Notes under the pieces: model-generated | The model's database searches: none | Seen by the model: the letters and a program-made list of their open reading frames with translations, nothing else | What the model was told of the DNA's origin: nothing | Made by a program: the position numbers and the translations under genes | Shown: positions 27,770 to 41,449 of the stretch, one piece after another | Layout: each line of letters starts with the position of its first letter | Numbering within the stretch: the stretch's first letter is position 1 | Source: Glaucostegus cemiculus | Lineage: Eukaryota | Length of the DNA stretch: 64,000 nucleotides | Reading direction: 5' to 3' | Assembly (NCBI GenBank): GCA_976551045.1 | Contig: CDPCPM010000026.1 | Span: forward strand, 21,514,001-21,578,000

Positions 27770-27945
27770 TGGCAGATTTCTTTCCCTGAAGGACAGTAGT
27801 GAATTGGAATGCTTTTCTTTCTATCAATCCATTGGCTTCATCATTACCATTAGTGAGACCTTTCTTTAAACTCTATATTTAATTACTTAAATTCAAGTTC
27901 GATGCGGGGATTTGAACTCTGTGTCAATAATCCACTATGGGACTG
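27770..27945 (-). mobile_element. Old SINE, 5' piece (continuation of 26978-27070)
   Basis: ggcagatttctttccctgaaggacagtagtgaa...ggggatttgaactc (reverse B-box). Same family as 35810-36510. Confidence 0.55.
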
Positions 27946-28899
27946 TACCCCGGTGTTGTCCCTGGATATTCAGAAGAAGAGTTGGTAGGGTGAGTGACAG
28001 TATTGAACCAGCCTCCATAATAGGCAACAATTTGTTAGAGGTGTGCAGATAAGCTGCATTGTCCTATTCTTACTCTCCTGGTTTATTTTTTCTGATAGTT
28101 TATCAACTGGCCCAGGAAATCTTGATATGTTCAGGACTACGCAGTGGCAAAATAACTCAGATACAAAAATTCCATGTCTATAGTCAGAACCTTGGTGACA
28201 TAGTGGACTAGACATTAGCTTCTCACTTAAGCAGCTTGTTGAAAATCAAACCTAGGCTAATTAAAAGGCTTTATTTGTTTCCAGTGGAGATTCTTCCAGG
28301 ACAGGCTCAAATCATTCCTAGTTCATCACAATACTGCTCTTAATGGATGACAATTGGTAATGTCATTGAGACAAGTCTAAGAAGATCATGGAGAATCAGA
28401 GAAAAACAACAATGAGCTGGATTACCTGATGTTGGCAATGGATGACTGAAATTGAAAGTCTATCAACCTTCAGTTTTAATACTGCTCAACTTGAGGAAAT
28501 GAAATCATTTGGGAGGAGGAAAAACAGGATTCAGAACGACTTGGTTTGTGAACTAACAAGTGGTTCGAGGAATGTAGACAAAGGTAATTGCAGGGTGAGC
28601 TGTCCTAGCCCTCTAACCAAATGTGGAGACAGAGTTACCATAATGAAGTAAGATGAAGCCTGCTCTTAAGATTGCTGCCCCTTCACACAATGGCTCATTT
28701 TTAAAGTTGTGTTGATTTGTATGTCTCAGCAATTTTACTGCAATGTCAGCTTTTTCAGAATCTCTGCAAATTCTTCCAAAATCTATTTCCATAAGGAATA
28801 GAAAACCAACCCACATTAAGTGCCTTGATCAGCTCCATTTTCATTATTAAAACAGTCCAACCACAACAGTAACACTAATGTAATACAGGATCAAAAAAT

Positions 28900-29140
28900 A
28901 GTTTCAGGTGGATGCAAAATATTCCATGCCGCCACATGAAGAGGGACAAGGGAGTTTTCAGGTGCCAAAGCAAACATGTATCTCTTCAACAAAACCATAA
29001 GAAACCCAGAATAACTCATCATTTGCCTCACTGTTATATGTGTACCCATGTGGTGTGGAAATTGTTTGCCAGATTTGCCCACATTACACTTCAGAAAGCA
29101 CTTCAGGACATCTTAAGAATACGAGTATTCTTTCTTCCTT
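28900..29140 (+). mobile_element. Deu-domain SINE (SacSINE1-like), decayed
   Basis: tcaggtggatgcaaaatattccatgcc...gaagagggacaagggagtttt...aaattgtttgccagatttgcccacattac. Reverse-complement similarity to 40495-40808. Confidence 0.65.
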
Positions 29141-29779
29141 ATCTCTCTGAAATAATAGAGGGCAATCAACACTCAGGCAAGGTTTCATCTGTCAAAACAC
29201 TTAAATAAAAGCACAGCTATCAACACTTAAGTAGTTAGGTCATTTTTCAGATCCACCATTCACATTGTTTTAAAGATACAGTTGTTCCCAAATGAGCAAT
29301 TGTCAGGCTGTCTTTTCCATTTCCAATTAGGTCATCTGCTAAATTACAAAGATTTTAAAAGCTTGAATTGCTGAGAACTGCATCAAAAGTGCTATGTCAT
29401 AGCTCCTCACAAGGGAAATATATTTAAAATATCACTGCATTTCTCCCCAAAGTTCACATTGGGCTAAACTGTGCTTGGAACACTGATGTTCCAACATTCA
29501 GACTGAATAGGTTTTGGACTTGCAATGCATATACAATGCATGGAACCATAGAGACCAGCATCAGAACCCAGTCTTGCTGGGATTCCTTAGGATTTCTGTT
29601 GGTGAATCACCCCTCAGATCCTGATGTCAATATTGATTTCAATGGGACATCAGAAGATGATGTCTAACAAGTAAATGGCTAGGTATGCTTAAGTTTAATT
29701 ATTTTAACTATTTCTGCATTTTATGTGCTTTTAATGAATGTTATCTTTTTTTAAAAAAAAGATGCTTTATATTGCTTTT

Positions 29780-31900
29780 GATTATTCACTAGACTCACCA
29801 TGTCAGTCAGACACCTGAAGCAATGGAGAATGAAGAGGCTACAGAGGTGAGGGAGTGAGCTTGGAAATGCCCGTGTATATTTTGAGGTCAACTTGCAGGA
29901 TTTAGAGGCCCTGGTGGATGTCCTGTGATGCTAGCACAAGGCAAGAGATCCACTTCTACAACCCAACACTGAGATCAAACACTAAAGGAACAATAATGAA
30001 AAGAGATATTTAATGTCCTCAACCGGCTCCATATATAAAAAAATCAATGAGAACAGAAGGGAAGCTACCCTCACTTGAGGGGTTGTGGTGACAGTGCCAC
30101 CTGACTCTGACACAAGTGCACCTAGCACCATCCAAGGAAATCTGAGCAATCCACCTGTTTCATTGTAATCACTGCATCCCCTTTGATTTGACCATCTGTA
30201 GGCACATTCATTATCATCTGTGCTGTTGTACCTTCATCAAACAATTTAGGAGGAGTGGGATGATGCTGCTGATGAATTCCATGGTGCCTCATTGATTGTG
30301 CGCAACACTGTCAGCACCATCACAGAGACAGGCACCATGAGGGATGAGTAACTGAGGTCAGAGGGATATGTGTCACAGGGAGATACACTGAATACCAGCA
30401 GACTAGCACCAGCCCAAAACAAAGGTGATGTGGGGCTCTTCAGAGGTGGGTAGAGTTCAGATAAGAACTGTGATGGTGACACTTTCATAACAAAGCTTAT
30501 AGTAAGCTGTTGGGACCGAATGCAGGAGATGCCAAGTAGGGTGGAGGAGACCATCTGCCAGCTCTCATAGAAGCTTGTCTCGAGCCAGGAGACCATGACC
30601 TCCACATAGAGTGCCTCTGCTGCTGATCAGTGACAAATTGTCACACAGGGTTCACTGGGTTCGAATGACAGCTGCTAAGGAGACACAGCCGGAAGCCACA
30701 TGAAGCTTACACACTCAAACCTTGATCCAGTTAAAGCTCTGGTCTCTGCCACACAGGAGCAGCCTCAGCCTCTAAATGAATAGTGTTAGGTCACCAAGGA
30801 GTTAACTTGAGGTCCTCATTGAGTTGAGAGATGTCACTGGACACAGAAATGCTGCAGTTGAGGGTTGTCCCAGAGCAAAAGGATACAGCATGCGAATCGT
30901 TCACCACCTTCCATGGACAGGGAGGTGCTCCACATCAGCAGGTGGCTCCGCTGCTTGAGCAGGGACATGCATGTGGGACTGGACTCTCTCCTGCAGGAAC
31001 AGCACTGTGCACAACCTTAAAGCATTCAGACCCTTCTTCATCACCAGCAGAGTCCCTGCTCACATCATGCACGGAACTGTTTTCAAGGAGAAGAGTGCAG
31101 ACAGCAGGAACCAGACACCTGTGATCAGGGTCTGTCAGCCATATTAGCTGCAGGTTGAAACAATGGGGCAATATCCTGAGGGCCAACGGAAGGCTGGAGC
31201 TTTGCCTACCATGTCCCAAGTGGATGACTCGTGTGCAGGTTGAGGGTGCTGCCATCTCCCCTCACAGGGGCACCACTTCGCCTCACCCCATGATCTCTCA
31301 GCCCCTACAGCCTTGGACAGTAGCTTGAATAAAGCCGACCCATGTAGGATGAGCTTCTCCTGTGTCATCAAGGACAATTACGAAAAGTTAAGGTGAACAA
31401 AAGCAGCCTTGCAGCATCCACACCGTGGACGATGTGACATGGTGTCAAGATGTTGAGGCTCATGCATAAGGTTGTGAAATGTGTAAGGCACAAAGGTGTT
31501 AAAAAGTACACACCAAATGTTAAGATTGTTTTAATTATTTGATTTTGTTGCTGTTATAAGTGATTTTGAACACAATAGTACCATGCAAATGCAAGCTCAA
31601 TCAGGGCAAATCATATTCCACCTTGTGAAGACATAAGTGAAACTCTGTGGTAGCTTTCAGCACTGTCGCAGACTCTGCCACGCCTCAGCTAGGAAGGTTC
31701 ATTAATGGAGTGCCACCCGTAGCCTCACCACTGATGCATCCATGGAATGAGTACGTCAGCAGTTTAATGCCGGAGAAAGCATCCTCTATTATTTCAGCAC
31801 TCTCCCTGGACTTTGAAGGGCATTTGAGCAGCCTGCAGTGATCTCAGAAGCTGTTCAATCAGGTTTCCCCAATGTCAGCAGAGCGTCCCTTTAAATAGCA
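29780..31900. mobile_element. Highly decayed PIF/Harbinger-like DNA transposon relic
   Basis: More GC-rich, coding-like composition. 30270-30330 and 30490-30560 resemble 46930-46985 and 47420-47500. A possible transposase remnant lies on the minus strand near 31600-31700. No intact ORF. Confidence 0.35.
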
Positions 31901-33486
31901 AAGCAGCGCAAAGTGTTCCTCTTGGTATTGAGACTGTCATAGGCTGCACCTTTGAGCTAACATCCATTACACAGAAGGAAATTGGCTGTTGTGAATAGTG
32001 CCACTTGGTGTGTGTCTAATGCCGGTGAAACACCAAGTACACAGAAGTACCTGGTGCAATTGTTTGATGGGCACAATTTCACCAGAAAATAATTTTTGTG
32101 CGAATTACACATTAAACCGTGGGCATTAATCTATCCAATTTCTTGTAGTTAATGGCTTCATGAAGGAACCATGCAACTACTCTCACATCAAGATCTGCAG
32201 CATTTTGTTAAGGAGTAGATCTCAACAGTCATGTCCAATGGCCTGGATATTCATAGAGCTAATTTATCTTAAATCATCAAAGAACTACCTAATGCAGTTC
32301 TGTCCACTTTGGACCTTTTGTTATTATGTATGTACCTCTGGACACAAAGAGCACAACTACACTAGGCTAGGAAAGATGAGTAAGTTTCATTTCCTGAAGA
32401 ACATGGGTAAAACAGTTCAGATTCACTGTAACTGGGCAGTGCTTTACTGATGCCAATCCACAGATATTCAGATATATCGAATTCAATGTCACACTTTGAA
32501 CTTATAACTTCTACTTTGCTTTTTAGTACCACAACCACAAGCCTACGATCAGAATATTCTCTACAGAGCCACTTAAATAGACACAAAACTGCCCACACTA
32601 CTAGACAATTATTTACAGCTTTTCGCATTAGTTTTTGCATTCAGTGTTCCTTCTCTTTGCCAACCCCCTTATGAAATAAATACTGTTCAAATGCATTCAT
32701 TTGAGGCTGAGAAGTCATTAGTTTTGTCATGAGACCCAATTTTTGTGCCGATGTCTATGTTCATTTGATGGCTGCTTCTCTAAGTGCTGACAAGTACAGG
32801 GAGAGTAAAATATGCCCTCTGGTTAATGTCATGAAGCCTTTTGCTATTGGTAGAATTATTGTTTACATTTTATTTAAAAAAATATTTACTTAAATATTTT
32901 GCATACATTAACAAAAATAAAGTTGGCACCATTATCTTGCACTAAAGAAACTCATTATACATGAAGTAGATGGTAATGTTTAACTGTGATCAGTTACTGC
33001 TTTATAATTGTCCCAAGACTACAGGTCTATTCTTTTGCATACAAGGAGCATTCGGTTCAAATATGTCACTGTGTCTCACTGCCGTAATTATTGCCATTGA
33101 TGCCAGCTCCAGTAGAAGGTAAGACAAGGGTAACTGAATCACATCCAAGGTCCTTTTGTTGGTCCAGTGAATAGGAATATCAAATCATACGTTGTTCATG
33201 GCTTTCTAAGAAGATTTGTTTTAAAAAGATGAGACGATTACCTCAAGATTGGTTCCTATTTTTAATGTGCTCTCCATAAAAGAAATAAAATCTACCATAG
33301 TGGTTAAATTGATTTATTCCCTCTAGAATCTACATCAAACATATTCCACTATCTGAAGTATTTTGATGAATTAACTCGTGTCAAGAAACAATTTTCTTAA
33401 ATGAGTTTATTAACCTCTAGACTTTGGCAGGTCAGTGAAAAAGGATTCAACTAGCTTTGCAAGATGTGTGTTAAAAACCAGTGGGT

Positions 33487-33492
33487 ACTTAC
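33487..33492 (-). promoter_or_regulatory. 5' splice donor of the ZFHX3 exon
   Basis: Minus strand G|GTAAGT, a consensus U2 donor at the point where ZFHX3 similarity ends. Confidence 0.9.
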
Positions 33493-33724
33493 CAGTCTCA
33501 GCAGCAGGACACTTGCGAATGGTGAAGATCTGCCCAAGGTCATCGTCATCCTCTGGCAAACCCTTCTGCAGCCGCTGTAATTTGCGTAGGCTCTCACTGC
33601 GTTGGTGTTTCATGGAGCGGACGTGCTGGATCAGGTTAAGTTTTGCCTTGGTAGAGTAGTTACACAGTGAACAATGGTAGTAACACGCTTCGGCCTCCAC
33701 CGTGCTGTCGTGCTGCTGCAAGTG
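33493..33724 (-). CDS. ZFHX3: Internal coding exon of zinc finger homeobox protein 3 (ATBF1), with one C2H2 (U1/matrin-spaced) zinc finger
   Basis: Translates as [77 protein letters not shown] (C-x2-C-x12-H-x5-H). Nearly identical to the vertebrate ZFHX3 segment as I recall it ([45 protein letters not shown]) and clearly closer to it than to ZFHX4. Acceptor tttttag|CAC, donor ACTG|gtaagt. 232 nt = 77 codons + 1 (phase 0 in, phase 1 out). Confidence 0.96.
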
Positions 33725-33751
33725 CTAAAAAAAGTGGGAGAAAAAATTAGG
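33725..33751 (-). promoter_or_regulatory. 3' splice site of the ZFHX3 exon: branch point, polypyrimidine tract and AG
   Basis: Minus strand reads cCTAATtttttctcccactttttttAG directly before the first codon CAC. Confidence 0.9.
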
Positions 33752-34057
33752 ATTTAACACCTCTCATAAATATTGCCATTGCATTTTACGTTAGAAACAT
33801 GTTTTTCTTTTTGTACAAAAGATACTTCTTTCTTCAGCTTCCCCTCATGAGAAAAACATTCAGATAGAGAGACAACATTTGCAAACGATTTCAGCCCAGG
33901 ATGCACTCTACTTGCCTATGTTCCACCGACCAATAATTACTAAAACAGGGAGTGTCCATAAGCATTTTCCCCACTTTCTCTTCTCAAGGCATATCTCAAC
34001 TACACCCACCATACTAAAATATTATTCAACATTCCAGTTCCTCACTTACAGCAAGAT

Positions 34058-34500
34058 GATCAACTTGCATTTACATAGCTTGTTTAATGCAGCAGAATGT
34101 CCCAAGGTGCTTCACAGCAGCATTATCAAACAAAATCTGTCAGCATTGCCATGAGAAGATATTAGGAGAGATGATCAATAGCATTCTGATTAGCATCATG
34201 AAGACACAGGGAAAGGTGTCCAGAACTGAATCCACAACCATTTATGGTGAAGCAATCTCATTTAGGGATGATTATGAGACATAGATGTTGCAAAGGCTTG
34301 CAAAGTTGGAGGAGATTTCAGAGATAGGTAAGAAGGGCCATGGACAGACTTGAAGACATGGGTGAATCTTGAAAATCAAGATGCTGCTTACGTGGGAGCC
34401 ACTGTGGATCAACAAAAAAAAGTGCTGATGGGTGAACAGGATATGGTGAGAGTTAAGAATCTTGTGTTTATATACTATGTGAACTTGAAGAGTTGTTGAG
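34058..34500 (-). mobile_element. L2 LINE 3' end
   Basis: caacttgcatttacatagc...gtcccaaggtgcttcacag (reverse-complemented L2 tail). Minus peptide includes SILIFKIHPCLQ. Confidence 0.75.
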
Positions 34501-34619
34501 TCCTTTGTGATTGGTCCTTGAATTCCCCAACAGTGTTGAAATAAATTAGAGCCAGCCCAGTTAGTAATCAACAGATTTTCTTTCTTAAGGGTAGTGACTT
34601 CTTCCCCCAAAATACTGCA

Positions 34620-34795
34620 GGGACTGAAAGTGAACTTTACAAGACTGAGGTTAACTTATCTTTGTTTGGTGCATACGTGAAAGGTTATTGGGAAAAGGTG
34701 GGAAGAAAGAGTTGAGATATGTATCAGTCATGAACAAACTAAATGCCGAACATCCTCATGGGACTGAATTGTCTGCTTCTCTTTCTACGTTCCTA
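34620..34795 (+). mobile_element. Decayed CR1 3' UTR fragment
   Basis: aaggttattgggaaaaggtggg...tcagtcatga...gggactgaattgtctgcttctctttctacgttcc. Confidence 0.5.
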
Positions 34796-34849
34796 AAAAT
34801 TCCATCTGACCAAGTTGTTTAATTTACTTGGATGTTATAGAATCCCATC

Positions 34850-35790
34850 CAGCCAATGGCTGAAAGGGCAAGTTAATAGTTTTCATCCTTTAATTTCACA
34901 GACTTCCAACATCAATCTTTGCCAGCACACTTAAACATGTTTTCTTGCCAGTTGTCTTGATTTCCTAAATGAATTTGAATTTGTATGCAAGTTTGGCTCT
35001 TTCATCAGTGCTTTACACTTTGAACTTTCCCTTTGTTGACTTTGACTATCTTCTATACCAATTCAATTACCCTTGCTTTATTCCAAAAAGCCAAACTACC
35101 TCCTACCCTTTCACATAAACACACTAAACTTACACCTGTTTTATTTAGATTTCTCTTCAGTACTACCCCATTCTCCTCTTACTGATGTGAGGACTTTCTA
35201 AAATCTCTCTCTCTCTCTCTGAAGTTTAATAATCTAACACTCATGCTCTGGGCTTTCTCTTTCCTTTCACCAAACCAAGGGACCTCATTTACCAGCTGTG
35301 CCCTCACCTCAGCCCTTACTATAATGCACCTATTGTTCAGCAGCATTAGGTCAAGTGCAGTTTTATTTTTAGGCCTCCCAAGATATTTCAGTTCATGCTG
35401 CTGCCCTATACCATTTTCAGAAATTCTCAATTCCAAGCACGCCCAACTTCCTTTTAAGGTCTAAATCCCCTATTTATTAAAACATTGCCACTGCTGAATG
35501 CTTTCCTCACTTCCCTGTGAAATATCTGATCACTATTAGGTACTTGGTCTGAAAGTCTGCAACAAGCTGCCACCAGTAGCTTTGCCTCATTTAAGTGTAT
35601 CCCAAGTGAATCAGTTTCCCCTGAGACCTCTCTGATGTTGTGACTTCCCTGGACCTTTATGTTTATTCTTTATACTGCTCCACCTCTATGCAGACATCTC
35701 TCTATTTATACCTTTGAGGGTCCAGATGTGCTCCTTCCCCTGCTGCTGGATTTCTAACTTTTTTGAATAACCTACCCTATCCGCTCTTTC
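34850..35790 (-). mobile_element. Very old CR1 ORF2 endonuclease/linker fragment
   Basis: Minus peptide RPKNKTALDLMLLNNRCIIVRAEVRAQLV...RLLNFR resembles CR1 PTRxxAILDLVLxNxxxLIxxVEVxExL...LNFR. Confidence 0.4.
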
Positions 35791-36136
35791 TTTCCCCATT
35801 TATGCTGGTCTTTTAAACTCATTCTAGAGAAGCAGATATTGCTGGTAATGCAGACATTTAATGTCCATTCACAGATACAACTGACTGCCCTGAAATTATA
35901 AGTCATACAGATTGTCACGGGACAGAGTCGCATATATCCAGAAATTCAGCAGCACTCAACATACTATGTAGTGGCAAGTGCATGCTTGAAATTGCTTCCA
36001 AAAGTGACCTGCAATGGAATAAAGCACTCTATAAACATCAAAGGGGATGTACTTTGGGCAAGGTAAGAATAGCAGTTTTCCTTCCCTAAAAGATAATGCT
36101 GAACTAATTAGATGTCAGTTAATTTATCACCTTTTT

Positions 36137-36403
36137 AGAACATAGAACAGTACAGCACAAGAACAGGCCCTTTGGCCCACAATGTCTATGTTGAACATGA
36201 TGTCAAATTGAACTAATTCCTTCTGCCTGCACATCATCCCTATTGCTCCATTCCCTGCATATTCATGTGCCTACCTAAAAGCCTCTTTAATGCCACTATC
36301 ATATCTGCTTCCACCACCACCCCTGGCAGCACATTCCAGTACTTAGCACTCTATATAAGAAAACACATGCCCCGCAATCTCCTTTAAACTTTCCCCCTCA
36401 CCT
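36137..36403 (-). mobile_element. CR1 3' end
   Basis: agaacatagaacagtacagcacaagaacaggccctttggccc...ctcctttaaactttccccctcacctt. Reverse complement of 41650-41917. Confidence 0.88.
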
Positions 36404-36514
36404 TTATAATCTCCCTTACTAATACTGCTTTTTGCTTCTAGAATTTTTAAAAATAATTTCTCAAACTTCTGTGGTGAATTGTATTTGAATGGATGTTCTC
36501 TAGATTATTCATTC

Positions 36515-36792
36515 AATAAGATATCTTTATTGGTCACATGTACATCGAAACACACAGTGAAGTGCATCTTTTGCGTAGAGTATCTGGGGGTGGTCTGCGA
36601 GTGTCGTCATGCTTCCAGTGGCAACATAGCACGCCCACAACTTCCTAACCCGTATGTCTTTGGAATGTGGGAGGAAACCAGAGCACCCGGAGAAAACCCA
36701 TGCAGACACGGGGAAAACGTACAAACTCCTTACAGACAGCAGCCGGAATTGAACCCGGGTCGCTGGCGGTATAATAGTGTTATGCATAATGC
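36515..36792 (-). mobile_element. Younger tRNA-derived V-SINE
   Basis: Same family as 23259-23567 and 23965-24251. B-box region ggaattgaacccggg with CpGs retained. Confidence 0.92.
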
Positions 36793-39700
36793 TGTAATAG
36801 CATTACCAGTACTTTATAACATCCCTTAATGTCTGTTATTACTTATCCAATGTTTTTTTTAGTTCAACATGGTCTTCCTTCACCACATTATATATCTTCT
36901 TTTTATCTCCTATTCAAACTTATTTGGTATATGTAGACCGGCACAATCCATTTATCTTCATCTTGGTAATTTAATCACCCATCTCCCATAATCTGAACCA
37001 TCTTTTGAGTATGTTAAAGTCCACCCTGTTTGTACATTCACCAACCACATATCGATGAGTCCCATTCCAGCCTTCATTACTTTTCCTGGATGTGGCTTTG
37101 TTTCCTGTGGGTTTGGTCCCTCCCTTAAGTTTGTTGCCTGAAATTATTTTTGAGGGTTCTTGGATTCCTAAACTTTGATTCCAATTCATAGTTTACAGGA
37201 AAGATTCAAATTGAAGGTATTGTCATACAAACAACAGTGGAAATATGGGTGGGGTGAGAGCGTTGAGACAGGCCTTTCCACATGATTACTGGAATATTTG
37301 GACAGCTATACAAAAGGACACTGGCACTGATCACAGAGATTAATAAATAAAATGTGGGGAAGAACCCAAGCTTATCCTGAGAGAAAATCATAAGAGACAA
37401 GAGAACTGTTCCACCATCACCTGTTAACATTCAACCAACAAAAATCTACTGAAGCTATTTACCACAAACCACAACTTTTAGCTGTAGAATTCTAATTCAA
37501 AGACTCTGCAGTCAAGCAATTTGCAAGATGCAAATTCTAATCTAAGACACATGACAGGTTTGATGCAAGTCGAATACTCAGCTTTTTCATACAAAATACT
37601 GGATATATGGGGCAACATGAAACACAAATTTGCTAACAAAAATTAATTTAGATTTTAACTAAAAATAAATGCACTGCTTTTCCACACCAGCAGTATCTTT
37701 AATAAAATACAAAAGCTTCTGTAAGTCAGTACCAAGAATCATATTCTAAATTAAACTGGCCAAGAAATACTGAAATATTTAAAATGAGTCCCACTTTAGT
37801 CCAAATCTAGCTTTATTTCACAGCATCTACCAAATTTAATTTGGAAATTTTCTAAAATTTGGGGAAGATACTCATTTCACACCGACTTCATGCAAAAATG
37901 ATAAACTAAAGGGCTGGCGTTTATTTACTACCTCAGAATCTTGGCAATGTTTTATTTTGAAATAGAGAAATTGTTGTTTGGTAGGTAAGCAAAGGGACCA
38001 GGATAGAAAATTAATGTATAAGGGTATCACTAAATAAGGTATTTTCAAAGCAATTTCCCTGCCACTCATTCAGACCTCTGCTCAGTTACATTTTGACTAA
38101 CAGCAACAAGCTAATGAACAGTCCGTCTCTCTAGCTGGAGCAATTTACTGGTAATTGGTAAGCTTGGAGTTGAGAAAAAGTGAAACAGTTACTGTTCTGA
38201 CATAGACCAGTTATTTGTAGAAACAGCGTCTTAGGGGAAAAGTCTAAATAATACATAAGAGTATCAAGCTTCCCGGTGGAGGTGAAGAAACATGTTGCTG
38301 GGGTTGAACAGATCGATTAACAGACCATTGGTAAACTATGCAGCTGTAGTTCATGGCAGAGAGCATGCACAGATTGTTATGAAATACGAGAAAATTTGAG
38401 TGTTAGTTTTTCTTTATTTTGAGGAAAACTGACATCAACATGCACCAGACATGATCTACACATACATAAACGGGACAAAAATATTAAAATCTATTCTTCT
38501 TGCAAAAGATGATGCTGTCATTAGTTTGAAAGATAGTGCACTGAACTTTAGACCATTTTGTGTATTTTCAGAATTACTCACAGCTGGCTAACAAGCTTAA
38601 ATATTTTGTAATCAGCTTCTCAATGTATAACAAGTTTTAATGAATTAAGTATTTCAAGGACAGCACTTAATTTCATTACAATTCTCTTTAAAGGAATTTT
38701 AAAATGTCTGCTTTGATCTCACACATCCATACTAGTGTTCATTAGCAATTACCCAGTGCAGCATCCCATAAACATAGCGGTTACAGCTTGTTCAAGCCCA
38801 AGACAAGCTTCAGGCACAGCATCCCTTGAGCTGCACACAATGTTCATACCAGCAGTGTAAAAAAAACCAAACTAAATTTGTTTGATGTATTTGTAGCATT
38901 GGGGTGGTTTAGGGTGGTGGAGGGGTGGATATTTTTTCAAGTCTTCCTTTCAGCTGGGGCTTAATGTGTAATTGCTGGACTCAGAAATTACCATGAAAAG
39001 ATTATTTAAAGGAAGTCTTTACATCTATTTTGATTGGTGAAATTTGAAAATGGCAAGCCATTCGTACATTCACTGTATGGCATGGTAGGACTGATCCACA
39101 TCCACTGCCCCCTTAATTTATATGATTTCAATGTGACATAAACATGCCGGATTAAAAGTGGGTCCAAGCTAAATATACATATCTTTGATAAATTTTGCTC
39201 ATCATTTTATGTATAGGGCCACACATACGGGGAAATGCATAAGAAGTGGTTCATGTATAGCCATAAGATAGATGCAGGAATGAAAAGCTGCATAACTATT
39301 CTGCAGAATTATAAATATTGAAGTACTTTTACTTCCGCCTAACTGCACCAATCTATATTTTTTCTTCTTTATCAATGTTAAATCAAACTTCATGAAGGTT
39401 TATACAACAGGCCATTTTTCAAATAACTAATTCACTTCTTTGCATGTAAACACATACAAAATATTAAAGATTAAAATATCATTAACAAACGACGTCATGT
39501 TACTTCCTTTCTTCAAACAGACATAATTATTATAACAGTTCCCACTAAGTCCCTAATGCCATTGCAATACATTCTTTCTTTATGATTTCCTTAACCGATG
39601 TTGCTCTCTTCCTCCAACATCAAATGCTCTTCCATGACTGGTTTTAAATCTGCACTAACAGTTCTCTTGGATGAGGATGCAGACTGATCAATTCACTTTC

Positions 39701-40494
39701 TCATTTTACAGACACTACCTAACCTGGATTTCAAGCCAATAGATTTCTGAGCTGTGTTTTCTTACTGTGCACGATTCATTAATAGCACTAGCAAGAAGAT
39801 ATCATGTGCAGCGTAGAACCAAAGTTCAGTGTTGCCTAATCATTTTTATCTGGTTAAAAATGCAAATTTGAGTGGCAATTTATTTCCAAATGTTGCTGCA
39901 TGATGCCAGGTAGACATTCATGAAAATACTTTTATTTTAAAATAGAATTCGAGAGTCTTTTAATTTTACTTTTATACCAATACAACAAAAGGACATATAT
40001 CTGATCTACAGTCTTACTCACTGTAGTCATACTGGAATATACATAAATCTGGGAAGACTTGGGGCTTTACAGATATCCACTGGGATTTACAACCCAGCAA
40101 AGGTTACTTCCGCACGTTATTCAAGTAAAATTTTAATTTGAAGTTGGCAAATGTAATTTGTTTGTATGTGCACCCCCTGTACTAATTATAATGTAATCAT
40201 CAGGGATCAAAATGTATTAAATTAAACTCACTGCAAGTGCTTTCCTTAGTCTTCTGAGTACGGACACCTCATTTCCGCACTCAGACATCTAGTGCAATAA
40301 GGCAACCATTTTTAAATGTATCCCACAGAAGACCAATCTTCAATTAACTTTAATTTTTGATCTGATTACTTTTATTCTCATTACTGCTTTAATACTTTTA
40401 CATTATGAAAACTACCTTCCATCAGAATTGGTATTGTTGAAACACAAGAATAGATTGTCCACAATTGTCAGCTGAAGACGTGCATTTTCTAGAT

Positions 40495-40808
40495 AAAAAG
40501 ACTTGCATTTATAATTTGCCTTTAAAGACTTCAAAAAGTCCCAAAGCATTTTACAGCTAATGAAATACATTTGAAGAATATTCACTTCAGTACTGTAGGT
40601 AAAGCAGCCACCAGTTTCAGCGATGCAAGGTCTCACAAACAGCAATGTGATGGTGGACAAGTAATCCTGTGTTTTTTTAGTTTTGGTTGAGGGATTAGTA
40701 TTGAACAGCAGTTTCCCCAAATTTGAAATACTGATATTTTATAACACCTGAGAGGGTCTCAAGTTAAGTTTGGCTGAAAGACAGCACCTCCCCAAATAGC
40801 AACACCTC
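40495..40808 (-). mobile_element. Deu-domain SINE (SacSINE1-like)
   Basis: aaagacttgcatttata...gtcccaaagcattttacagctaatgaa...tctcacaaacagcaatgtgat...ggttgaggga...cacctgagaggg...gaaagacagcacctcc. Confidence 0.75.
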
Positions 40809-41449
40809 AAAACTTTAAAACACAAAGGTTTGAATGTCAAAATTGACACTAAATTTAAGACTACTTTCCTGTTGGAAATTGTTGCAATTGCGCGGTTGGG
40901 AAGCTCAGTTTGTTAAAAGTAAATTGTTCACCACAAAAGGTAAAAAGTTCTTTTTCTCCAAAGCCCTCCAGTGCTACAGGTTAAGGCAATACCAACACAA
41001 ATGACCACCACACAAACACATGCTAGATGACACTATTTTATAAATATGCAGTAACTTCACTTTGAAAGGCAACATAAACAGCAAGAACATTGATGAAACC
41101 ATTCCGTGTTGCCAGGGTCAGCCTTTAGAAGTTGATGTTGAACGTGTAAAATCCACAGGAACCAAAAGAGATAGTTTTGAACCCAGCCCCAATTTGTGGG
41201 AACAGAGTCATTAGCATATTTAGGTTACAGTCACCGCAACAACTCTATCAGGGGTGTTCATCACAATTGGCAACCTCAATGTAGGAACTGTTCCCATGTC
41301 ACTTCGATGAAGGAGCTGCAAATCAGGCAGTGCCTCACAGGAGTGGTCCCACATCTGCAGGTCCCAAACATTTTGGGCTGCACCAGCAACGAAATCAATC
41401 TCCACTTAGATGAAGTACTTGCTATCTGTAGCAGCGATGTCTCTTCTTT

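Larger units (their letters stand above)
1..33492 (-). other. Downstream ZFHX3 intron (partial, >33 kb)
   Basis: No further ZFHX3-like coding sequence recognised. A short, poorly conserved exon could have been missed. Confidence 0.65.

Noticed and set aside
33410-33492. ORF-track extension [13 protein letters not shown]... of the ZFHX3 ORF, and its apparent start at 33721
   Set aside because: The extension lies past the GTAAGT donor and is intron read-through. The 'start' is an internal TTG (Leu) codon of the exon.
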